A stretch of DNA of 64,000 nucleotides from NCBI GenBank assembly GCA_950097015.1, contig CATNEN010000038.1:12524001-12588000 (forward strand). The letters run 5' to 3'. The notes beneath the pieces are model-generated. The model was not told where the DNA came from. It searched no databases and saw only the letters and a list, made by a program, of their open reading frames with translations. The DNA comes from Macrostomum hystrix (Eukaryota; Animalia; Platyhelminthes). Within the stretch, counting starts at the first letter, position 1; each line of letters begins with the position of its first letter. Both the position numbers and the translations under genes were made by a program. This document shows, one piece after another, positions 31,101-43,100 of this stretch.

Positions 31101-34100
31101 AATCGTACAGGCGTCTTGGTGCATCGGCGTTGTTGGCAAAGTCTTTTTCAATTGTAACGTTAGCAGGCAATTGCAGTGGGGGACACTTAGCACCTAAAAT
31201 TACCATTAAAAATTTTTCGATTTGAATTCGCTCCTAAGGTTAAATGTTGAGCATATCGGTAATTATCTTACGCTCGCAGTGTTGAAAGTTGCTCCATGTC
31301 TTATTCGGAAGGCAGACTGTCTCATTGGGACTTAACGCTGGCAATACGTATCCAGGTGGACACTTTAGTGGTACTTTTGTAAATGCACTAAATTGTGTGC
31401 CTGAAATATGATCCAGGTTCAGCAGGCCGACAGACACAGTCTGGTTCCGGATGGCTTGGCTCGTGTAGTTATACGATTGCGTGACGTACGTTCCGTTTGG
31501 AACTGCCAGGGGCTGGCACATGCGGTCTGCAGAGAACAGTATTAAAAAGACAAAAACAAACTTTTTTAACTAAATAGTAAGCTTGCAAGCATAATTTCAC
31601 TTCAACATTCACGTTTCCACTACGTTTCCACTACGTTTCCACTACGTTTCCACTACGTTTCCACTACGTTTCCACTACGTTTCCACTACGTTTCCACTAC
31701 GTTTCCACTACGTTTCCACTACGTTTCCACTACGTTTCCACTACGTTTCCACTACGTTTCCACTACGTTTCCACTACGTTTCCACTACGTTTCCACTACG
31801 TTTCCACTACGTTTCCACTACGTTTCCACTACGTTTCCACTACGTTTCCACTACGTTTCCACTACGTTTCCACTACGTTTCCACTACGTTTCCACTACGT
31901 TTCCACTACGTTTCCACTACGTTTCCACTACGTTTCCACTACGTTTCCACTACGTTTCCTCCCGCACAAGTCTTACTCTGCGCTGATTGGCTCGCGCGCT
32001 AAAGAGCTCATAGTCCCCGCCTTCCAGCCCAATAAGTGTACATTTAAGGTCACTGAAATAACCCAGAAAATAATTTTGTGCAGTGTGAGCAAGAAAACAC
32101 GTTCCAAAATCATACCCTGACAGCCGGCGCCCCAAACATTGTGATTACTCCAGGCGCGGTCCGAATTGCAGATGGATGTTGTCTCCGTAACATTTGGAGC
32201 CAAGACGAACTCCTGTGTAACCGAGTCATTGCAGGCTATGCTGAACTGATCCGTGTATCTATCGCCGGGCAGGTCATACGCAAACGAGATGCGCACTTTA
32301 GGCAGATCCATCAGCTCGGTGTAGGTTACGTTGCAACGAATTCCTGCCATCGAGATGAGTTCCATGAAATAAAAATTCTAAAAAAGTTTAGAAACGAGCA
32401 AGAAGAAACAAGATACTCACGATCTAAAGAAGAGACCACAGTCCACCTTGTCGAGTTGTCAGTGCTGTCCACTGAGCACACAATCGACCAATCAGAATTG
32501 CCGCTTATATTAAAGTAGAATCCATTCTCAGCTCTCATATTAATGAAGTCGAACAGTCTGTGGGGCTGGCTTGGGTCATTGTTAAATTCGTTCACAATGG
32601 TGACGTTGGCGGGTACTGGTGGCTGAGGACACAAGTTGCCTGAAAATCATCGCATGCATGCCGAAATTATGAGCTTTTAAAATTTAAAACTTCTAAATAA
32701 TGGCACAGTAAAACTCAGTTGGGTAAAATGTACAGCCAGTGGGACAGCAATAGCTATATGCAGCGAATTGTTCAGTTGTTTAATCCTATCTACTTAGGGA
32801 CATCACACCAGGCAACTTAAATTTATACCCCTGCAAATGCTTGTACCCACTTTTCAGCTGGTTTGACTGAAACCATTTCGAATATTATGTCCCGCTCGAG
32901 AAGTGCGAAAAGCAGTTTTTTGGACTAAGGTTCGAAATTTTTATTAATATTGCCATGCTTATTGATCAGAAATATCTTAAAACAGAAAGACAATCCGGAT
33001 CGCAATTACGTTCGCAAAGCTGAGCGCTGCTCCAGGAGATGTTTTTGAGGCAGATAGTTTCAGTTGGACTGGGTGTGGGTAAATGGTGTCCGATAGGGCA
33101 CAGCAGCTGCAGTGTTGTTTGTACTGGCCATCTTCTATATGGGATATTGTCCACACTAAGCCGGTTCACTGTGATGCTGTGATTTACAAACGCTTTGATT
33201 GTGCTGTTAAATTCCTGAGTGACGTAGATTTCACTGGGAACTTGAAAAGGCTCGCAAGTGTGACCTGTAATGATTTCACTCAATCATGATCAAATCATTT
33301 GAATAAAGTATTTATGATTTTATCATAAGCTGAAATCATACCTTGACATCCGTTAGCCCAAACGCTCATGTTTGTCCAAACACCATCAGCTGCACAAACA
33401 GAGAAAACTTCTGTTGATGCAGGTGACTGCACAAACCCCTCAGAAACTGAATTATTGCAGGCGATGATAAACCAATCGGTGTAACGGTTGCCAGGGGGAG
33501 AGCTGCTCGTAGTTATCTTGACATTCGGCAAGGACATTATGTCACCCATGGATACATTGCACGCGATTCCTGAGTATATTTTATTTAGAGGGAAAAGCTC
33601 AAGCAAAAAATAATCCATCGGTAAACAATGACTTTAGTCCGAATGTTCAACTTACGTTCCAGATGAGAAATAGGTGTCCAGAAGGTAGTGTTATCGGTGC
33701 TGTTCAGGGCACAAGACGTGGTCCAGAAAGAGTCACTACTATCATTAAATAAGAAGCCATTTTCAGATCTCAATCGCACTGCATCATAGAGCCTTCGGGG
33801 TTGACTCGGGTTGTTATAAAATTCCACCTCAATGCTTGTGTTCGCCGGTAGCTGAAGGGTTGGACACTGAAAACCTGAAAGTTGTTAACATTTTGGCCTT
33901 TCAATGTCTATCGTAATTGACAGGAGCGCTTGCTTGGTGATGCAATCAATCGTATATTTGAACTTACGCTCGCAGAATTGGAAGCTAGACCAGGTCTTGT
34001 TTACAAGGCACATTGTTTCATTCGGACTCAATGCAGGTAGATGGTGTCCGATGGGGCACTCGAGTTTCACAATTGTTTGAGAAATCGATGGGCTGTTTGG

Positions 34101-37100
34101 AATATGATCAAGAAGAAGCAAGGCTACTGTTGAACTACCGTTTCTATATTGCTTGCTAGTTGCATTCCACTCAATCACAAAGTAGGTGGCGTTTTGGACG
34201 TGTAACGGGTGACACAGTCGATCTAAAAATAAAATTGATAAGGTGGTTTTAGAGGCATAATAATATTAGAATGTTTTACAGGGTAGCTCTGGGCAATGTT
34301 ACATCATTTAGTGATAGTCGACCCGCAGCCAGCGAGGAGGCAATTCTGCCGATTCCGCTGACTCCTGAGAACACATACACACAGAATTACGGTACTCAGG
34401 CCCGCACACTCAAACAAGGGTGTTAATCTGCCCAGATACGAGCTAAATGTGGCCTTCACTCGGAATCGAGCTCAGGAACTTTGGTGCGAAAGGCAAACAT
34501 GTGAGACCGCTCCACCACTCACCCACTCGTTGGGAAACTAACAAGGTATTTTAAATCATTCTAAAACATGCAAATGTCTTCTCAGAACAGTTGTACTCGT
34601 TATATTATGCAATGTACATATAGTAAATATTTTAAACTTTGAAGCAGCTCACCTCGGCAACCACCGCTCCAAACATTTTGATTAGTCCAGGACCCATCGG
34701 CAGTACAGGTGGAAACAATCTCAATAACTCCTGGCCATTCAACAAACTCTTCAACAGTGGAATTCGTGCAGGATATTTTAAACCAATCTGTATATCTGTT
34801 GGTCATTGATGAGCTGCCAAACGATACTAGAACTTTAGGCAGCGACATGAGAGTAGAATAGGTCACATTGCATTCAGTACCTGTAGGTGCGGCTACTTTG
34901 CGATTTAAAAACATCTCGAATGAATATTTAACACAGAAATCTATAGAAAATTTAATTTAGATAGGGACTCACGCTGCACTGGCGGAATGGAGCTCCAGTG
35001 CACTGTGCCGTTAGCCACGTTCAAAGCACATGTTGTCACCCAGTAAGTGTCAGCGCTGTCATTAAAGTAGAATCCATGCTCAGCCCTCAGGCGCACCGTA
35101 TCGTAAAGTCGCCGAGGCTGGCTAACATTATTGTGGAATTCGGCACCAATGCTGGCATTCGCTGGCAGCTCCAAAGCAGGGCATTCTAGACCTGAAAGTG
35201 GACATTTTTAGTGACATGTAGCTTTTTCGGTCTACTGCATAAAATAAGTATAGAAAATAAGTGAAACTCACGTTCGCAGAGTTGAAAGCTGGTCCAATTC
35301 TTGTTGCTCTGGCATACAGTGCTGCTTGGACTCGCTGAATGCAGTCGGTGTCCAAGCGGACACTGCAGACTCAGAGTGGTGAAAGTTACCGATGGACCTG
35401 TTGGAATTGGGTCCAGGATGAGTAGACTCGTAGATATGCTCTGATTGTGGAATGTTCTACTTGAGAAGTTGTACACTGCTGTGATGTACGAGGCGTTCGG
35501 GACTTGTATTGGCTGACAAAGCCGATCTAAAAAGTAAGAGTGAAAAACAGCTTTTTCTAAATCGGTGTACTTGAAGCAATAGAATGAGATATTTTTAAGC
35601 AAAGTACAAACTACTTTTTTCAAGAAAAGCATTTAATGACGGAATGAACTTTTGACAGCGGTGTCAGTTATAAAATTATATTTATAACCTGAAAGGATTA
35701 TGGTCGGCGGAAGTTAAGGCGGAAGGGCTTTTTGTTTAGGAGTTAGAATTGCTGCGAAAAAATCGTGTGCTGCGTTGCGCATATATTTAAAAAAATTCAA
35801 TCGGCACACAATATTTGTCTTATTTATTTTCAAATCGAAGAGTTCACACGCGACGAATGTAGCAAGCCTTACCTCGACAACCACTGATCCAAACGTGCGC
35901 GTCAGTCCAGAAACGTTCTGCAGTACACGTGGACACTGTCTCAATGACATCCGGGGCTCCGACAAACTCTTCAGTAGTGGAATTCACGCAGCTGATTTTG
36001 AACGAATCTGTGTATCTGTCTCTGGTCTCGGAGCTGTTGAATATGATATTAACCTTTGGCAGCGACATCAGCTCGCTGTAGGTTACATTGCACGGGACAC
36101 CTGCAGTTGGAATGCGTAAAATTATTTAGCATATCTGATTGCGTTGAGCTATGAGAATAACAGAAATTCAACAGTACAACTACGGGCTAGAGCCCAATGT
36201 ACATACGCTGCAGTGGAGAGATGGCAGTCCAATAGGTGGAGTTGTCCGTTCTGTTCAGGGCACAAGACGTCACCCAGAACGCTTCCCCACTGTCATTGAA
36301 GTAGAATCCGCTCTCAGCCTTCAGGTGAACTGCGTCGTACAGTCTGCGAGGCTCGCTCGGATTGTTGGTGATTTCCCTGTCAATGCTCATGTTTGCTGGC
36401 AGCTCCAGAAACGGGCACTGGAGACCTGGTGTTTAAATTCGCGTTGCTTTTACCAAACTTTTGTTGCTTTCTACTTTTCAATTCAAGAAAGGTTCAGTGC
36501 AAGGCAAGGAGCAATGCGAGAATGAAACTCACGTTCGCAGAGTTGAAAGCTGGTCCAAGTCTTATTGCTCTGGCATACAGTGCTGCTTGGACTCGCCGAA
36601 GGTAGTCGGTGTCCCTGAGGACACTGCAGACTCAGAGTGGTAAAAGTTACAGATGGACTTGTTGGGATTGGGTCCAGGATGAGTAGACTCGTGAATATGC
36701 TCTGATTTTCAAATGTTCTACTTGAGAAGTTGAACACTGCTGTGATGTACGAGGCGTTCAGGACTTGTATAGGCTGGCACAGTCGGTCTGTGCAATGTTC
36801 AAAGGTAAATTGTAGGCACTCTTTCTGGCAGGTAATTTTTTGGGAAGGTGCAAGAAACTGAAACTGAAACCGCAAGGATCTTTCAGCTAAAAGCTACACT
36901 GTGGTAACATTACACCTATATATATATATATGGCTGATGCTGCGTATAAACGTTAGCCTTCTGCAAAATTAGTTTTATGCATCCTTCTCTCCGGCTCTTT
37001 TGATGGTTGTCATATTCTACGAGGAAAACTGCCTTATATATGAAATCCCTGATTTATAGAATTTTTTCGCATATGAGAATCCATTGTATTGTAAACTATA

Positions 37101-40100
37101 TTGATCAAAACAACGTCATGTTTTCAATAGGTTAATGTGATCCAGCATACCTCGACAACCACTGATCCAAACGTGCGCGTCAGTCCAGAAACGTTCTGCA
37201 GTACACGTGGTCATTGTCTCAATGACATCCGGGGCTCCGACAAACTCTTCAGTAGTGGAATTGACGCAGCTGATTTTGAACGAATCTGTGTATCTGTCCC
37301 TGGTCTCGGAGCTGCTGAATATGATATTAACCTTTGGCAGCGACATCAGCTCGCTGTAGGTTACATTGCACGTGGCACCTTAAGTGAGAAAAATAAGAGC
37401 TTTGTTATATTATAAACATAGAATTAGCGGAAAAATAACCAGCAGCTGCCCTCAGTTAGCGTACGTTCGAATTGAGAGATGGCAGTCCAGTATGTGGAGT
37501 TGTCCGTTCTGTTCAGGGCACATGACGTCACCCAGATGGATTCCCCACTGCTATTGAAGTAGAATCCGCTCTCAGTTTTCACGTACACCACGTCGTAAAG
37601 TCTGCGAGGCTCGCTCGGATTGTTGGTGATTTCCCTATCAATGCTCATGTTCGCTGGCAGCTCCAAAGCCGGGCACTGGAGACCTGGTGTTTACATTTGT
37701 GTTGCTTTTACCAAACATTTGTTGATTTTGCCCTTTACTTTATTAAAGGTTCAGTGCGAGGACAAGAAGCAATGCGAGAATGAAACTCACGTTCGCAGAG
37801 TTGAAAGCTGGTCCAAGTCTTATTGCTCTGGCATACAGTGCTGCTTGGACTCGCTGAAGGCAGTCGGTGTCCCAGCGGACACTGCAGACTCAGAGTGGTG
37901 AAAGTTACCGATGGACTTGTTGGGATTGGGTCCAGGATGAGTAGACTCGTGGATATGCTCAAATTGGTGAAAGCCTTGCTGGAGAAGTTGAAAATCGCTG
38001 TTACGTAGGAGGCGTTTGGGACTTCTATCGGCAGGCACAGGCGGTCTAAAGTTTGATTATATAAGTGAGAATGAAAGCGCAGGTGCACATTGCACATTCT
38101 ACGTGACTAGAGAGCGAAAAATTGACAAAAACGAGAGGAAAAGGACCCGAAGCTAAATTATCGTGAGCAGTTGCAAGTTCGTGGAGCTTTTTTTGCCAGT
38201 ATTTGGCATGTGAGCATGTCATTTCGCAACACTAAAATCAAAGGCATAAATTTGAGCAAAAGTATCATTGCTCACCTCTGCAGCCGCCGTTCCAGATTCT
38301 CTGGTTCGTCCAGAATCCTTCAGCTGTACAGGTAGATACTGTCTCAGAGACTTCAGAGGATCCAAAAAACTCCTCAGTTGTAGAGTTAGTGCATCTGATT
38401 GTGAACGAATCGGTGTATCTATCATTTGTCATTGAACTGCTGAACGTGATTTTTACTTTAGGCAGGACCATCAGTTCGCTGTAAGTGACGTTGCACACGA
38501 TACCTGTTTGATATTTGATAAGAAAAATTTGAAATAAATTTGATAATAAATTTTAAGAAAATCATAAGACATTACGAGTAATTATTTTTTTAGCAAAATC
38601 TTTTTCATAATTGTTTCGCATACGTTGTAATGAAGAGATGGCAGTCCAGTATGGTGAGTTGTCAGTACTGTTGAGAACACAAGAGATAGACCATAAGGAG
38701 TCCCCGCTCTCATTGAAGTAGAAGCCACTCTCAGCTTTCAGATGGACCACGTCGTGCAGTCGGCGAGGCTCACTCGGGTTGTTGTGGAACTCCCCAACAA
38801 TGCTAGTGTTTTCTGGTAGTTCCAAAACAGGACACTGCAGACCTGTAGGTATACAGCATTTACATGCATTTACTTAAAGTTAATGTGAGGAGTCATTTTA
38901 AAAGCAGTGAGTAGGCCGCACTTACGTTTGCAGAACTGAAAGTAAGTCCAAGTCTTGTTTGTCTGACAAAGTGTTACACCTGGGCTTAGTGCGGGCAGCT
39001 GGTGTCCCGTTGGACACATGAGCTGGACTGCCGTGAAAGTTCGCGACAAACTAGTCGGAATATCAGTCGTAATGAGCAGACTTGAAATTGCAGAAATATT
39101 TTCGAACCTTCTGTTGTTTGGGTTCCAGACCAAGCTGAAGTAGGTGCTGTTCGGCACAATCAGGGGCTGACACAATCGGTCTAAAAGCAATTACGTTCAA
39201 TCATAAACGTTTTTAACTGGTAATTGAAAATTTAGGCACAGAAATTCTGATATCTGTGCCTTTAAACAATAATATTCGGCCGAAAAAATATTTACATGGA
39301 ATCTGCAACCTAGAGTTGAGACGTACTCTATCCTCTCTTAGCCTAAGAAACCATAAGATAGATTGCTTCAAATTGCAAACAGCCAGACCGAGAATTCCCT
39401 ATAAGAAACAGATTTTGCAGCCGGTGCCACATTGAACCAATAATACTAATCTATATATATAAAAGTGAAAACTCTGTCTGTCTGTCTGTCTGTGTGTGTG
39501 TGTGTGTGTGTGTGTGCAACCTTTTGTCTTTATAGACGCCGAAACCGCTCAACCAAATCGCACCAAACTTTGCACATACCTAAAACCACCTACGCTGAGT
39601 GCAATAGGCTACTCAAATTCCAGAAAAATCATTTCCTTCCTGCTCAAAAGTGCAAAAAACTGCTCAAAAATCGTCAAAAAATCACTCAATTCGACATATC
39701 GTCGCCCCACTTTGTCAGATTTTCTCCAAATTTGATCCACTTACACTTTACATGTTTTCCAACAATGCTGTCAATTTTGAACATCTCTACTCAATCCAGA
39801 GCAAAGCTGCATCATCTCAAAGTGAGTCACTTTTTGTTTTCCGAGGACAGCCACCCCAACTCCCCTCCGCCACTCTGCGGGCCAAATTTTAATACAGCCA
39901 CCCCCTCCCTTCCCCGGGCGCCGAAGCCCCAGACTGTACATTGCATTTCAAGCCGTGAATGTACACAGCCCAAACCCCTAGACTGTCTACTGGCCCCCAA
40001 GCAGCACTGAGACTGAGTGCGGTGAGTGCGGTGGCGTCCCAGTGCGCAGGGCTCTCCGGTCAATATTTCTCTCCAGCCAGCCTGGGATAGAAGAAAGAGA

Positions 40101-43100
40101 GAGGCTGGCGTACAGTGCTTTGCTAAAATACAAGACGGTTATCCGCTGTATCGACGGAGATCACGTGAGGATGGCGGCTTTACCACTCGCATTATTCTAT
40201 GCAGCCATGGGAATGAAGAGATCGATCTGGACAACAGATGGGTCGTTCCCTACTAGAGATGCCAAAAACCGGCCCTTTTTGAAAACCGGTTAACCGGTTT
40301 GAAAACCGCCTTTTATAAGAAAACCGGTTTTTAAAAACCGGTTTGTGTGCCAAGTTTTTAAAAAGCACTAAATACGCATAGAAGATAGATAGATACACAT
40401 AGATATTACTAATTTTAACAGAAAATAAACTTCGATTTCACTTATTTATTAATGACAAATAAAATTGTACAAAAATGGCTGCCAAAATTTGGGCGCAACA
40501 GAATTAGCGAATTCTAATTCGGTCTAAATAATGGTCCGTTAAAAAGCGTTAAAAAGTTAATAAGCGTTAATAAGCGTTAAGTTTTTTCTTGAAAGTTAAT
40601 GGACCTAAGTTAATTTTTTTCGGGTTAACTTTTTAACGAATTTTCGGTACCTTTTTTCAATTTAACAATTGGCTTGGTCCGTTAACATATTTATGAGACA
40701 TTTACAAATCTAGGAAGCTTTTTTTGCTTCCGGGTTAATTTTTTAGATAACGAGTCAATGACTATGAGCCTTTTCACGAGAAAGTTCACGATAAGTTCCA
40801 GAAGCAGAGTTATTCCAATTCAGGAATCAGAACCAGTATGAAAGGGCAAATGGAAAATACGCCAGCCTCTCCTTCGCCGCCTCATACGCCGCTGCCGAGT
40901 GACCCAGGTGCTCGATCACTTTCAGCGCTGCTCCCTTCAGATACTGGCGCAGCTGAAGCAGCTTGAATTCCGGAGTTGCAGGCGCCCTATCAATGCAAGC
41001 CATAAAGGCTGCCTTCCACGCTTCATACTGCTGCTTGTCGCCATAAAAGGTAGGAATCTCCACTCTACGGAGCATCTTCCAGAGATCCTTCGATAGTTGC
41101 TGCTCTGAAGAATTGCCCACTCTACGCTCACAGCAGTCACCAGAAGCGCTGGCTAGATCATCGTCCTCCTTCTCGAAACCCCTTCGCTGGTTTGAAGACA
41201 GGTAGCCAAACTCACCACTCCATCCTCTGTACGGATTTTGCTGCTGTTGACTTTGCAGGAGCTCCGGCGCCGCCTCGCTGAATCCGAATCGCTGGCCTCG
41301 GCTGGCTCCACACAGTGGCTGAGCCGCTGCTGCCGCTGCTGCCTCCTCAGGTGCCGCCGTAGCTGTAGTCGATGTTGTTCGCGGTGCTGTGCGGCCCATG
41401 AGGTACCGCTGAACCGCCTGCATAGCTGTTCTATAGTCGTCCTCGATTGTGTCGATCTCGTCGAGCAGCTTTTTCTGTGCCCCTGGATCCGGTTGCTGTT
41501 CTAGCTCATCGCAAAGCTGCTGGAGAACTTCTGCCGCCTCCTCGTACGCTTTGGTGACGGTCTCGCATTCTCTCTGAATGGCCTCCTTTTCGTCTGTGAT
41601 GAGCAACCACGAGAGCCTACTGCGGCTCTTGGTGAGTGCAGACTTGCACTTTGCCTTTTGTCGCCTAAGAGCGTTCAGCGATGACACGTCGAGCTCTGGC
41701 GGTTTCTTCTGTTCTTCATCGTCGCTCATTTCTGCCTACTGTATTGGCTAGCTCGGACTTGCACTATTATAAGCGATGTCTGGTGGCTTGACAAACGACG
41801 CTCTGCTACCAAATGTTTGTGAGCTTGTTCTCAACTATTGAAAAGAAACTAAGTAGGCCGTCAATTGAGCTTTGAAACTATAGGCTATAAACGACGCGGT
41901 CACTCTCAGCGCTGCTAACGACCAGTAGTCTATTTAAATCAATTTAATTGGGGTGGGCAAATAAACGTACATGCTGAAGTCCAAGAATGAGTTGCCGCCA
42001 GAGAGAAAATGACTCAGCGCATGGGGGGTAGAAATTGAGTACGCGTGCAATAAATTTCAAATAATGAAAAATAATAATATATTGAAACATACTCTTTAAA
42101 CCAGGTACTATGGTGCAGCTTAATATATTCAGGACAAAATTTGAGTAAATTTAACTTTTAACTTTTATTAACGAAGTTAAATTTATTTTTTTAAAGTTAA
42201 CTAAAGTTTAAGTTTAAGTTAAAGTTTTTTTGCTAACGCTTATTAACTGAGTACTGACACTGAGTACTACTGGTACGGTACTGAGTCACTGACTGAGTCA
42301 TGCGGACTCCGAGGTTTTTCATATTCTTTTCAGGAATTCAGACTCTACAACTACAACTACGAATTACGATTATGAAGTTACAAAGTAACGATTTAGAAAA
42401 ATTTTGTTGCCAGTTATTTTTTCTCCAAAGTGCAAAAATTGTGACTCTGTGAGACATAATTAAAATAAAAAACCCATTAAAAACCGTCAAAAAACCGGAC
42501 AAAAAAAACGGTTTTTTTAGAACCGGTTTTCCTGCTAAAAACCGGTTTTTTTAAACCGGTTTTAAAACCGGTTGGCATCCCTATTCCCTACTGCCCGCTA
42601 CTGTCCAAGGTGTTCAATCCACACATCAACGTTGAGTACTGCAACTCTGTTAAATCAATCAAGTACATTTGCAAGTACGTGAACAAGGGTAGCGACCAAG
42701 CAGTGTTCAACATTGAGGGACCTGGAGGCATAGTAAACGAATTTGACGAAGTCAATCGCTTCAAGAGCGGAAGGTATCAGCTCTAACGAGGCAATGTGGC
42801 GAATCTTCGGATTCTCTATTCATGAACGCCACCCAACTGTCATGCACCTCAGTGTGCACCTGGAAAACGGTCAGAGAGTATACTTTACGGAGGAGAACAT
42901 CCAGCAGCGTGCTCAAAGGCCACAGGACACTACTCTTACTGCTTTCTTCAAGTTGTGCGCTGAAGACCCCTTTGCCAGGACTTTGCTGTACCACCAGGTG
43001 CCTGCCTATTACACATGGAACGCCTCTTCGAAAGGATGGAAGCGGCGGGTTCAAGGCGCTGCAGTTCCAGGCCATCCTGAAATACGACAGACTGATGCAT

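Larger units (their letters stand above)
40254..42583. mobile_element. Non-autonomous hAT DNA transposon inserted in the Helitron Rep
   Basis: TIR TAG(A/G)GATGCCA, 8-bp TSD TTCCCTAC (40246-40253, 42584-42591), many subterminal AAAACCGG motifs. Confidence 0.9.
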
